The notes below the pieces were generated by a model that saw only the letters and a list, made by a program, of their open reading frames with translations, made no database searches and was not told where the DNA came from. A DNA stretch of 64,000 nt from Escherichia phage vB_Eco_QOTSP: sequence record OY720014; one strand, written 5' to 3'. The position numbers and the translations under genes were made by a program. Positions 20,690 to 29,993 of this stretch are shown here, in pieces (positions within the stretch are counted from its first letter, which is position 1; every line of letters begins with the position of its first letter).

Positions 20690-20693
20690 ATTA

Positions 20694-20769
20694 CGGGGCA
20701 TAGCTCAGAAGGAAGAGCAAGGACCTTCTAAGTCCTAGGTCGTAGGTTCGATCCCTACTGCCTCGACCA
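20694..20769 (+). tRNA. tRNA-Arg (anticodon UCU)
   Basis: Acceptor cggggca/tgcctcg, anticodon loop ctTCTaa, T-loop TTCGATC, encoded CCA. Confidence 0.8.
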
Positions 20770-20787
20770 ATTATAAGTGAGGAAAAT

Positions 20788-21138
20788 ATGAAAGGTAATG
20801 TTTATTTAGTAGTTCATGATTTAACATTTTACTTCAATGAATATGAAAAACATATCTCATTTCGTGAAATTAATTTACTTTATCAACATGCGGATTATAT
20901 TTATATTCAAAACGAATTTGGTCATTGGCAATTTCTCAAAAATCGTTCATTTGGCTTAGATGGTTACGAATACTTTGAACGTAAAGACCTTTTAGATAAA
21001 ATTCCGTTATCTACGCAATATCAAAATCACAAATCTTTATATAAATGCCGTCCAATTCGAAATGTTGAATCCGCGTATGAAGCAATTGATTTATGGCGTG
21101 AACGCCGTAAACAGATTGATGCTTTAAAAGAATATTAA
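20788..21138 (+). CDS. hypothetical protein
   Basis: 116-aa ORF with GAGGAA ribosome-binding site just after the tRNA cluster. Confidence 0.6.
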   Translation: MKGNVYLVVHDLTFYFNEYEKHISFREINLLYQHADYIYIQNEFGHWQFLKNRSFGLDGYEYFERKDLLDKIPLSTQYQNHKSLYKCRPIRNVESAYEAIDLWRERRKQIDALKEY

Positions 21139-21444
21139 GAAACCGGGTCGCTACCGGTAAGTCGTCGGACTGATGTTCCCTGAGTAAGGAATTGCGTTAA
21201 TAATCTTTGCGTTTATTGATGCCCTCTTACATCACAGCAGAAACGGCGCACCGAATTATCGATTCGAGGAAATATCTTTGCCGTAAGCCGAGTAGCGTTT
21301 TTGACGGAACGTTCGGATATGGTCGAGATATGGCCTTTTAAAAATATTGAGTAGCGTCAACTGCTTAATAACCGGGTTCGAATCCCGGCGTTTCGTACAA
21401 ACACTTGCCTTAGCAGGTGGAACCCCGACAAGGTTGCCGCAAGG

Positions 21445-21480
21445 CTTAGCCCCGACCGAAAGGTTGGGGCTTTTTGGTAT
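21445..21480 (+). repeat. 36-bp terminator-containing direct repeat, copy 1
   Basis: cttagccccgaccgaaaggttggggctttttggtat; one mismatch to 22004..22039. Confidence 0.85.
21449..21475 (+). terminator. rho-independent terminator (GAAA-loop hairpin plus U-tract)
   Basis: gccccgacc-gaaa-ggttggggc followed by ttttt; part of 36-bp repeat 21445..21480. Confidence 0.75.
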
Positions 21481-21525
21481 AAATATAGTAGTATATTAAA
21501 TCCACGAATTAAAACAGGAAATAAG

Positions 21526-21999
21526 ATGAAATCATATACTCAATTTTTAAATGAAGCGGTGTTAAATGAAGCATCTAGCACCGAAATTCAAGCTGTCGCA
21601 AAAGCAGCCATTGCAGCGGGTAAATATTCCTATAAAGATGCTTCTGATGAATCGCGATTCCAGTTCGCACGCGACATGAAAGCGGAAGGATTTACGGGAA
21701 ATGCAGTTAGTATGGCCTGGAAAAGTTTAGTTGCTACTGGAGCTGCTTTTGCAAAGGCTTCAGGTAAACCTGCTCCTAAGGCTGACCCTAAAGCAGCACA
21801 AGAAAAAAATATTGCTAAAGGAATTATCTCTAGGTATGAAGCAATTCTTAAAGAACTTTTGATAATTAAGACCGAAGGCCAGAAACTTGCGCGAGCTCAT
21901 AGTTTCAAAGATAATCCACATGCTCATGACCTAGAGTATGTTGAAGACATCCAAAAAATTATTAAAGATCGCATTTGGTCTGCTAAACAAATCAAATAA
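21526..21999 (+). CDS. hypothetical protein with capsid-targeting-like N-terminus (MKSYTQFLNEA)
   Basis: 157-aa Ala/Lys-rich ORF; N-terminus resembles the internal-protein targeting signal; flanked by the 36-bp terminator repeats. Confidence 0.55.
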   Translation: MKSYTQFLNEAVLNEASSTEIQAVAKAAIAAGKYSYKDASDESRFQFARDMKAEGFTGNAVSMAWKSLVATGAAFAKASGKPAPKADPKAAQEKNIAKGIISRYEAILKELLIIKTEGQKLARAHSFKDNPHAHDLEYVEDIQKIIKDRIWSAKQIK

Positions 22000-22003
22000 C
22001 ATT

Positions 22004-22039
22004 CTTAGCCCCGACCAAAAGGTTGGGGCTTTTTGGTAT
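22004..22039 (+). repeat. 36-bp terminator-containing direct repeat, copy 2
   Basis: cttagccccgaccaaaaggttggggctttttggtat. Confidence 0.85.
22008..22034 (+). terminator. rho-independent terminator
   Basis: Same hairpin plus U-tract as 21449..21475. Confidence 0.75.
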
Positions 22040-22167
22040 CTAGGCCTTTCCGGGCCTCTCTAGACATCATTTAGTTTCTACCCTTTATAATATATTATCC
22101 TATCTTTTAATTGCCCCTCCCTGCCCTAGAATTCCCCAAAACTTTTTAAAAATTTTTTCACAAAACA

Positions 22168-22197
22168 GTTTACATCCTTACCCTTCCATGGTACTAT
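22168..22197 (+). promoter_or_regulatory. early promoter (GTTTAC -35, TACTAT -10)
   Basis: tttcacaaaacaGTTTACa, 18-nt spacer, TACTAT; downstream ACAACTATCAA box. Confidence 0.65.
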
Positions 22198-22240
22198 ACA
22201 ACTATCAACTACTGATACAGAAAACAACTTGGAGAATGAA

Positions 22241-22504
22241 ATGGATAATTACGGCGAACTGTTCAACTTCTTTATGAAATGTGTTTCAGAAGATTTTGGT
22301 CGTACAGTGAATGATATTAAAGTTATCGGTCCTGATCATCCGATGTTTGAAACTTACGCAGTAATGGGTAATGAAGATGGTCAGTGGTATACTGTAAAGG
22401 TTGTGATTAACATGTTCACTGCTGAAGGTTATGTTAAACTGTCTTCTAAAGTTTACCATGATAACGATGAAATCGCAGAAGAATATTTCAATAATATGAA
22501 ATAA
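22241..22504 (+). CDS. hypothetical protein
   Basis: ORF track 22229..22504 (TTG) trimmed to ATG 22241 after GGAGAA; 87 aa. Confidence 0.6.
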   Translation: MDNYGELFNFFMKCVSEDFGRTVNDIKVIGPDHPMFETYAVMGNEDGQWYTVKVVINMFTAEGYVKLSSKVYHDNDEIAEEYFNNMK

Positions 22505-22534
22505 GTTTACACGGGCTCATGATTGAGATATTAT
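22505..22534 (+). promoter_or_regulatory. early promoter (GTTTAC -35, TATTAT -10)
   Basis: GTTTAC directly after the upstream stop; -10 within inverted repeat ctcat...atgag. Confidence 0.6.
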
Positions 22535-22560
22535 GAGCCTATAACTTTGAGGAGAACATT

Positions 22561-22893
22561 ATGAAACGTAACTTTAGTAAAGCTTTTTGTAATAGAAATT
22601 ATTATCCTGAAGAGCTTTTTGAATCTAAGGACTTTAAAGAGTTTAACGAACGTTCTCAAAACATGCCTGTACAATGGGTGTTAGATTATGCCAAACGTAT
22701 CTTTGAAGGTGTACGTTGGTTCAGTCCTGATGATGAAGCCCCATATTTTCAAAGGGCATGGTCTATAGTCAATCAAGCTTATATTGATGCTTTAGAAAAT
22801 ATTAATATTATGGATGATGATGCTTTGTTAATCATCGATGAGTCTATTAATAGTAGTATCGATAAATTTATTGATGAATTGGACGAAGAATAA
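22561..22893 (+). CDS. hypothetical protein
   Basis: 110-aa ORF with GAGGAG ribosome-binding site. Confidence 0.6.
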   Translation: MKRNFSKAFCNRNYYPEELFESKDFKEFNERSQNMPVQWVLDYAKRIFEGVRWFSPDDEAPYFQRAWSIVNQAYIDALENINIMDDDALLIIDESINSSIDKFIDELDEE

Positions 22894-22923
22894 GTTTACA
22901 AACTCTTGGGAGTAGAGTATAAT
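22894..22923 (+). promoter_or_regulatory. early promoter (GTTTAC -35, TATAAT -10) in a stem-loop
   Basis: GTTTAC, 18-nt spacer, TATAAT; -10 in loop of gggagta...tactccc. Confidence 0.65.
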
Positions 22924-22968
22924 ACTCCCACGGATTATAAAAACCCTTAATTAACTAAAGGAAATGCT

Positions 22969-23562
22969 ATGAACATGCTGAAGAAAATTGTTGAGTTTAT
23001 TCGCACTAAACTTGGTTCTGCTATGGCTAAAAATCTATCTGTTGAAGAACAGTATACTGCTGCAGCAGCAAAACTACTTGATAAGATTAAAGATCTAAAA
23101 ACTGCTTCTGTTAAATCTATTAATGAAGAAAAACGTATTCGTGAACTTATTGTCGAAAAGAATCGACAGGCCGAATCAAAAGAGCGTGAAATTCGCAAGC
23201 TTCTTTCTGAAGGTCAAGATGTAACAATGCATGCTAAACTTGGTTTACTATATCGTCGAACAGCTGAGCAGTTGACTACTAAAGCTGATGGTTATGCTGA
23301 AATGCGAATTGAAATCGCCAAGAAAGTAGTTGAGTTAGATGATGCTCGCCAAGAACTTGCAGTTAAATTGGAATATATCCGTGAAACTCGCGCCGCGAAT
23401 GCCCTCGGAATTAGTACTGCTGATGATGTAGTTGAAATTGCAGCACTGACTAAGGTTGATATTGAAGATACTCTTGCTCGAGTTGAAACCTTTAATGGCA
23501 ATATTTCTGGGGTTGAAACTACCTCTGCCGATGTTCAGGAATACATTAATTCTCTGAAATAA
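22969..23562 (+). CDS. hypothetical coiled-coil protein
   Basis: 197-aa ORF rich in heptad-like K/E/L segments. Confidence 0.6.
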   Translation: MNMLKKIVEFIRTKLGSAMAKNLSVEEQYTAAAAKLLDKIKDLKTASVKSINEEKRIRELIVEKNRQAESKEREIRKLLSEGQDVTMHAKLGLLYRRTAEQLTTKADGYAEMRIEIAKKVVELDDARQELAVKLEYIRETRAANALGISTADDVVEIAALTKVDIEDTLARVETFNGNISGVETTSADVQEYINSLK

Positions 23563-23567
23563 TGATA

Positions 23568-23583
23568 AGGGGCTTCGGCCCCT
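23568..23583 (+). terminator. GC-rich UUCG-loop hairpin
   Basis: aggggcttcggcccct. Confidence 0.5.
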
Positions 23584-23603
23584 ATTACTTGGAGTAAGTA
23601 GGA

Positions 23604-24212
23604 ATGAAAATGCAAAGTGATTTCAATTCAATGTTTGAAGAGTTCCAAAGACAGGTTGATGTTCCAGACCAATTATTAAATGCTCTTAAACGTATGGCAG
23701 AAGGACGTAATTATTATTGGGGTTCTTCATATGAAACTGATGAAAGTCTTTCTAGAGGATTTTCTAGAGGTAAAAAGTCTTTAATACGTCCTGGAATACT
23801 TATTAACAGTATTGAATCAATTCATTTATTAACATGCGATTTTGACGTTGAATTTACTGATTTTGTTTCTCCTGAATGGACGGTCTGTTATTTAAACGAC
23901 GATTATGATTATCTTGGCGTTTATAGTTTAAGTGATGCATGGTTTAAACGTAATTTACAAAAGTCAAATTTATTTTATATTGATACTACGGTAAAATTTC
24001 AGGGAAAGAAATATTTCTTTACTCTTATAGTTGACTCTGAAACGAAACATGAAAATAAACGTATTCTTAGTAAAAAGAATATCTTAACTATTGTTGATGA
24101 TCTTTTTGATAAATTTGTGGAAAATCCCAATTTTGAAAGCGATTTATTACTAGAAAAATTTGTTAAGGAATGTAGAGAATATGTCAAAGCCATCACTATA
24201 CCTTCCAAGTAA
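23604..24212 (+). CDS. hypothetical protein
   Basis: 202-aa ORF. Confidence 0.6.
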   Translation: MKMQSDFNSMFEEFQRQVDVPDQLLNALKRMAEGRNYYWGSSYETDESLSRGFSRGKKSLIRPGILINSIESIHLLTCDFDVEFTDFVSPEWTVCYLNDDYDYLGVYSLSDAWFKRNLQKSNLFYIDTTVKFQGKKYFFTLIVDSETKHENKRILSKKNILTIVDDLFDKFVENPNFESDLLLEKFVKECREYVKAITIPSK

Positions 24213-24573
24213 ACCGTTGAAGTATGAATTAAAGCGTCAGATAATTTCTACTGATGTGTTAATAGGTCCTGTGGTAGCCGTATCATTTGTGATTCTGCTG
24301 ATTGCTGGAATAGTTATAGACGTTATGACTGATATTGAATCTGGTGCAATATTTGGAGCAACACTAATTCTTCCATTGGTAGTTCCGCTTTTATTAGTAC
24401 CTATAAATTGGATAGGATATTGGTATCAAGGAAGACACTATCGTAAACGTGTACGTGATTGGAAAGCTCAGTGTAAAAAGATTAAAAAGGAACATCAGCT
24501 TAAACTTGCTGCGCATGAATTTGATGAAATTATGAAATTTGTTAAGGAATCACGATGCAAAAGCCAAAACTAA
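24181..24573 (+). CDS. small membrane protein (paralog family member 1)
   Basis: ORF track 24160..24573 trimmed to ATG 24181; hydrophobic segments; C-terminal ...KFVKESRCK. Confidence 0.5.
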   Translation: MSKPSLYLPSKPLKYELKRQIISTDVLIGPVVAVSFVILLIAGIVIDVMTDIESGAIFGATLILPLVVPLLLVPINWIGYWYQGRHYRKRVRDWKAQCKKIKKEHQLKLAAHEFDEIMKFVKESRCKSQN

Positions 24574-24917
24574 ATAAAGTCAAATATTCTCTTCCTGAGT
24601 CATTTTTAATTTTTGCTGTAGCGTTGGCTGCAGCTCTTGCGGGTAGTCTTTTTGGATTGTTAATTGACTGTCTTATTTTAAACATTGACGGCACAGTAAA
24701 TATAATAGAAGTTTGGAGTGAACTTCACTATACTAAAATTATTTCATTATTTTCATTCTTTGGTACAATGTTATATTTTCATTATGATAATTTTAAAATA
24801 AATTGGCAAAGAAAAAAGGATTACAAAATACAATTAAAGGAATATAATAGCTACATGTCTTATATTGAAAAAGAATCAATGGAAGAGTTTGTGAGTGATT
24901 GTAGGAAAATTAAATGA
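24555..24917 (+). CDS. small membrane protein (paralog family member 2)
   Basis: 120-aa ORF, hydrophobic N-terminus, C-terminal ...EFVSDCRKIK. Confidence 0.55.
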   Translation: MQKPKLNKVKYSLPESFLIFAVALAAALAGSLFGLLIDCLILNIDGTVNIIEVWSELHYTKIISLFSFFGTMLYFHYDNFKINWQRKKDYKIQLKEYNSYMSYIEKESMEEFVSDCRKIK

Positions 24918-25383
24918 TTTTAAAAACTCGCTGGTATGATTTAGATGATGGGGATGATGGCATTTCAGTTGATAGAGTTGACTGGAATGGTTGTTCCGAA
25001 GATATGAAAAATTTGTTGATTAGGGAGTTTAGAATGGGATATCAAGCAGCTAAGCCATCTATTATAACAGATGATAAATTCGTGTGTATTCATAATGGTC
25101 GTGCTAAGTTAACAAATGCTGATTGGTTTACAAATAAGATTATGATTCTGTGGTATATCATTAGTCTTCCTGTGTCATCATTTGTATTTTGCTTCTTTGG
25201 TGAAAGTCCAATAGGCAGAACAGGAGATTGGATTCTTTTAATTATGCTTGTTAATATTTTGACAGCAGCAATATTATCTGGGATATGGTACACGTTCATT
25301 GAAATGCCATGGCGGCTACGCAGACAACAAAAGATTTTTGATGAAAAGAAATACGCTCAAAATTTAAATAACTTTATCACTGA

Positions 25384-25402
<19 letters not shown>
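24914..25402 (+). CDS. small membrane protein (paralog family member 3)
   Basis: 162-aa ORF, two hydrophobic segments, C-terminal ...NFITECRKLK. Confidence 0.55.
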
Positions 25403-26371
<969 letters not shown>

Positions 26372-26375
26372 AGTT

Positions 26376-26405
26376 GTTTACTTTCTCCTAGAATTGTGAT
26401 AGTAT
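26376..26405 (+). promoter_or_regulatory. early promoter (GTTTAC -35, TAGTAT -10) for denV
   Basis: GTTTAC, 18-nt spacer, TAGTAT. Confidence 0.6.
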
Positions 26406-26430
26406 ATTCACAGTTACTTGGAGGGATAAA

Positions 26431-26847
26431 ATGACTCGTATTAATTTGACTTTAGTATCTGAACTTGCTGATCAACATTTAATCGCAGAATACCGTGAAT
26501 TGCCGCGTGTTTTTGGTATAGTTCGTAAGCATGTGGCAAACGGTAAGCGCGTTAAAGATTTTAAAATATCTTCCGAGTTTATTTTAGGTTCTGGTCATGT
26601 TACGTTCTTTTACGATAAGTTAGAATTTTTGCGAAAGCGTCAATCGGACATTATAACGGAATGCTTAAAACGCGGGTTCAGTATAAAAGATACTGAAGTT
26701 CCTGACATCAGCGATATTCCAGTAGAATGGAAAAATGATTATAATCCATGCAAATCAGCTATTAAATTGAGTCAACAACGACTTGATGAAAAAATTTTAA
26801 TGAAACCACATTGGTATAAGTATTACGGTAAAAATATTTACATTTAA
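26431..26847 (+). CDS. denV: endonuclease V (pyrimidine-dimer DNA glycosylase)
   Basis: 138-aa [20 protein letters not shown]...[10 protein letters not shown]...WYKYYGK recognised as T4 endonuclease V. Confidence 0.95.
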   Translation: MTRINLTLVSELADQHLIAEYRELPRVFGIVRKHVANGKRVKDFKISSEFILGSGHVTFFYDKLEFLRKRQSDIITECLKRGFSIKDTEVPDISDIPVEWKNDYNPCKSAIKLSQQRLDEKILMKPHWYKYYGKNIYI

Positions 26848-26856
26848 AGGAAACAT

Positions 26857-27330
26857 ATGAAAACATATCAAGAATTTATCGCTGAAGCAGCTATTAATTC
26901 TCAAATTATTGCTGAATCTTTTACTGATCTTTTGAAATTTAAAAAAGGTCAAAAAATCACTGCTGTATTGGATGATGGTACAGAAGTTGAGATGGATGTA
27001 CAGGGATATAATTATGCAGTAGATGGAAAACTGTATAATAAATCTCATGCTAAATTTGATTCATTTGACGACTTTGTTAATACAGTTGAAGATGAAAAAA
27101 CTCGTAGATCCATTGCAACTGGTGATGCTAAGGTTCTTATGGCACATGGTCATGAACGCATTCGCGCTAAACAGAATAAAATGGGTGAAGATAATTTCGC
27201 ATTAGTTGGTTATCAATCTGGTAAACAAACTTATGGCTATCAACGTACTGCTACCATGTATAATAAAAATGGTAAAATTGCCTTTGTGAATAGTAAAGGT
27301 TCTATTCAGTACGTTAAATCGTTCAAATAA
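26857..27330 (+). CDS. internal protein (capsid targeting sequence MKTYQEFIAEA)
   Basis: 157-aa ORF with the canonical internal-protein N-terminal targeting signal; next to denV as T4 ipII/ipIII. Confidence 0.7.
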   Translation: MKTYQEFIAEAAINSQIIAESFTDLLKFKKGQKITAVLDDGTEVEMDVQGYNYAVDGKLYNKSHAKFDSFDDFVNTVEDEKTRRSIATGDAKVLMAHGHERIRAKQNKMGEDNFALVGYQSGKQTYGYQRTATMYNKNGKIAFVNSKGSIQYVKSFK

Positions 27331-27471
27331 TATGGGAACAACCTGGACCTCATGATTCTATGAGGGATTCCCGCCAACCTGTAATAAGGTCGAGCCTGAG
27401 TGCGGTAATGGGTAAATACAGAAATGGACAATTCATGCGCCACGGAATGGCCCAAATTTAGAGAGAATAAA

Positions 27472-28011
27472 ATGAGAACATTTTTAACTGGTCCTTATCT
27501 ATCCCTGATGAATGCTTTTACACACCATTCTGACGCTAGAGTAGAAGAAATTTGTAAAAACGAATATATCCCGCCATTTGAAGAATTACTTAAACAGTAC
27601 TGCACACTTCGTATAGATGGTGGACGTCAATCCGGTAAATCAATTGCTGTGACTAACTTTGCTGCTAATTGGTTGTATGATGGCGGAACAGTTATTGTTC
27701 TTTCTAATACTTCAGCTTACGCTAAAATTTCTGCAAATAACATTAAAAAGGAATTTTCGCGTTATTCTAATGATGATATACGTTTTCGTTTATTTACTGA
27801 TTCTGTGCGCAGTTTTATTGGTAATAAAGGAAGCAAGTTCAGAGGTTTATCGCTTTCGCGAATTTTGTATATAATTGATGAGCCTGTCAAATCTCCTGAT
27901 ATGGATAAGATTTATAGCGTCCATATTGACACTGTACACTACTGCTGTAATAGTAAATGTTGCATTGGTGGTATTACTCGTCCACAGTTTTTCGTAATCG
28001 GAATGCAATAA
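27472..28011 (+). CDS. small P-loop NTPase-like protein
   Basis: ORF track 27424..28011, likely start ATG 27472 after GAGAG; Walker A-like GGRQSGKS and Walker B-like ILYIIDE. Confidence 0.5.
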   Translation: MRTFLTGPYLSLMNAFTHHSDARVEEICKNEYIPPFEELLKQYCTLRIDGGRQSGKSIAVTNFAANWLYDGGTVIVLSNTSAYAKISANNIKKEFSRYSNDDIRFRLFTDSVRSFIGNKGSKFRGLSLSRILYIIDEPVKSPDMDKIYSVHIDTVHYCCNSKCCIGGITRPQFFVIGMQ

Positions 28012-28337
28012 TGACAGACACACAGCTTTTCGAATATCTCTATTTTTCGCCAAAAACTATTAAAAATAAATTGGTAAATCATTTTGAAATTTTGGCAAAT
28101 AACAACATTTTAAGCGAATTTTATCCCAAGCAATACAAATTACAAAAAGGCGTATTCAAAGGATGCAGAGTTTTGTGCACTGCTCCTAACGCGCAGTTAA
28201 TGAATAAAATTCCATATTTTACCATGGAATTTATTGATGGACCTTTTAAAGGACTAATCACCCAAAGTTTAATGGCATATGATTCTGAGCCATTTTTAAT
28301 TAAAGAACAATCTTGGATAAATTTATTTTCTAATTGA
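28011..28337 (+). CDS. hypothetical protein
   Basis: ORF track 27957..28337 trimmed to ATG 28011 (TAATG overlap); 108 aa. Confidence 0.5.
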   Translation: MTDTQLFEYLYFSPKTIKNKLVNHFEILANNNILSEFYPKQYKLQKGVFKGCRVLCTAPNAQLMNKIPYFTMEFIDGPFKGLITQSLMAYDSEPFLIKEQSWINLFSN

Positions 28338-28344
28338 GGTTTAT

Positions 28345-28707
28345 ATGAAAGCATATCAAATTCTTGAAGGCACACATAAAGGTACTATTTATTTTGAAGA
28401 TGGTATTCAAGCACGAATTATTGTCTCTAAAACCTTTAAAGAGGACTCTTTTGTAGACCCGGAAATTTTCTACGGTTTGCATGCCCGTGAAATTGAAATT
28501 GAAACACAACCTACAGTTAAAATTGAAGGTGGTCAACACCTGAACGTTAACGTTCTGCGTCGCGAAACTCTGGAAGATGCAGTTAAGCATCCGGAAAAAT
28601 ATCCGCAGCTGACCATCCGTGTATCCGGTTATGCAGTTCGCTTTAACTCTCTGACTCCGGAACAGCAGCGCGACGTTATCGCTCGTACCTTTACTGAGAG
28701 TTTGTAA
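28345..28707 (+). CDS. autonomous glycyl-radical cofactor (GrcA/YfiD)-like protein with phage-type N-terminus
   Basis: 120 aa; C-terminal ~60 aa ([60 protein letters not shown]) near-identical to E. coli GrcA incl. RVSGY glycyl-radical motif. Confidence 0.8.
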   Translation: MKAYQILEGTHKGTIYFEDGIQARIIVSKTFKEDSFVDPEIFYGLHAREIEIETQPTVKIEGGQHLNVNVLRRETLEDAVKHPEKYPQLTIRVSGYAVRFNSLTPEQQRDVIARTFTESL

Positions 28708-28928
28708 TGGCAAAGATAATTATTGAAGGTTCTAAAGATGTGCTAAATGCTTTCGCCGAGTGGTTTAGTAATTCAGGCGAACAGCAATTTAACGAAGCCT
28801 GGAATATGGGTGATATTGATGGAATTTATCCTACGACAGAAATTTCTGTTCAAGGATATGGCATTCATGAACCTATTCGTTTAGTTGAATATGATTTATG
28901 TACTGGTGAGGAAGTCAAATATGATTGA
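28707..28928 (+). CDS. hypothetical protein
   Basis: 73-aa ORF, ATGA overlap with upstream gene. Confidence 0.5.
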   Translation: MAKIIIEGSKDVLNAFAEWFSNSGEQQFNEAWNMGDIDGIYPTTEISVQGYGIHEPIRLVEYDLCTGEEVKYD

Positions 28929-29187
28929 AGATATTAAAGGTTATAAGCCACATACCGACGAAAAAATCGGTAAAGTAAATGCTATTAAAGACGCTGAAGT
29001 TCGTTTAGGACTTATCTTTGATGCTTTATACGATGAATTTTGGGAAGCATTTGATAGCTGTGAAGATGATGAACTCGCGAAGAATTATGCCGAAAGCCTC
29101 GATCAGTTAACTATTGCTAAAACGAAACTCAAAGAAGCCAGTATGTGGGCTTGTCGTGCAGTGTTCCAACCAGAGGAAAAATACTAA
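28921..29187 (+). CDS. hypothetical small protein (positional equivalent of a T4 vs.x gene)
   Basis: ORF track 28885..29187 trimmed to ATG 28921 after GAGGAAG; 88 aa. Confidence 0.5.
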   Translation: MIEDIKGYKPHTDEKIGKVNAIKDAEVRLGLIFDALYDEFWEAFDSCEDDELAKNYAESLDQLTIAKTKLKEASMWACRAVFQPEEKY

Positions 29188-29465
29188 TGGCTCAATTAAG
29201 TGCAGGGTTTGGTTATGAGTATTATACTGCACCTCGTCGTGTATCTGCCGCTCCTAAGAAAATTCAAAGTCTTGATGACTTCCAGGAAGTAGTCCGTAAA
29301 GCTTTCCAGGACTATGCACGTTATCTTAAAGAAGATTCACAGGACTGTCTCGAAGAAGATGAAATTGCTTACTATGAGCAGCGTCTTGAACAGCTTAAAA
29401 ACTTACATGAGGTTCGTGCAGAAGTTTCAAAGTCTATGAATAAATTGATTAGATTTAAAGAATAA
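29187..29465 (+). CDS. hypothetical small protein (positional equivalent of a T4 vs.x gene)
   Basis: ORF track 29145..29465 trimmed to ATG 29187 (TAATG overlap); 92 aa. Confidence 0.5.
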   Translation: MAQLSAGFGYEYYTAPRRVSAAPKKIQSLDDFQEVVRKAFQDYARYLKEDSQDCLEEDEIAYYEQRLEQLKNLHEVRAEVSKSMNKLIRFKE

Positions 29466-29467
29466 CT

Positions 29468-29497
29468 GTTTACTTTTCCTCTTGACTGTGGTATAAT
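29468..29497 (+). promoter_or_regulatory. early promoter (GTTTAC -35, extended TGgTATAAT -10) for regB
   Basis: GTTTAC, 18-nt spacer, TATAAT with upstream TG; CTATCAG box downstream. Confidence 0.7.
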
Positions 29498-29524
29498 TTT
29501 TCTATCAGTTAAGAGGAGAACAAC

Positions 29525-29986
29525 ATGACTATCAATACAGAAGTTTTTATCCGTCGAAATAAGCTTCGTCGTCACTTTGAGTCGGAGTTTCGTCAAATTA
29601 ACAATGAGATTCGTGAGGCATCAAAAGCAGCAGGAGTCTCATCGTTTCATCTAAAATATTCTCAACATCTTCTTGATCGTGCAATTCAACGGGAGATTGA
29701 TGAGACATATGTTTTTGAATTATTCCATAAAATAAAAGACCATGTTTTAGAAGTTAATGAATTCCTGAGTATGCCTCCGCGTCCTGACATTGATGAGGAT
29801 TTTATTGATGGGGTTGAATATCGTCCTGGACGTTTAGAAATCACAGATGGAAATCTTTGGCTTGGATTTACAGTTTGTAAGCCTAATGAGAAGTTCAAAA
29901 ACCCGTCACTTCAATGCAGGATGGCAATTATCAACAGTCGTCGTTTACCAGGAAAGGCTTCTAAAGCAGTAATTAAAACTCAATGA
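29525..29986 (+). CDS. regB: RegB site-specific endoribonuclease
   Basis: 153-aa ORF MTINTEVFIRRNKLRRHFESEFRQINNEIREASKAAG recognised as T4 RegB. Confidence 0.95.
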   Translation: MTINTEVFIRRNKLRRHFESEFRQINNEIREASKAAGVSSFHLKYSQHLLDRAIQREIDETYVFELFHKIKDHVLEVNEFLSMPPRPDIDEDFIDGVEYRPGRLEITDGNLWLGFTVCKPNEKFKNPSLQCRMAIINSRRLPGKASKAVIKTQ

Positions 29987-29993
29987 GGTAAGC

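Noticed and set aside
21139-21525. tmRNA, group I intron or retron ncRNA in the non-coding GC-rich region
   Set aside because: No resume codon or tag peptide, no recognisable intron core pairings and no reverse transcriptase nearby; only a tRNA-like T-arm is evident, reported as a low-confidence finding.
22969-23562. 197-aa coiled-coil protein as a PspA/IM30 homolog
   Set aside because: Only generic coiled-coil character; I could not align conserved PspA motifs, so it is left as hypothetical.
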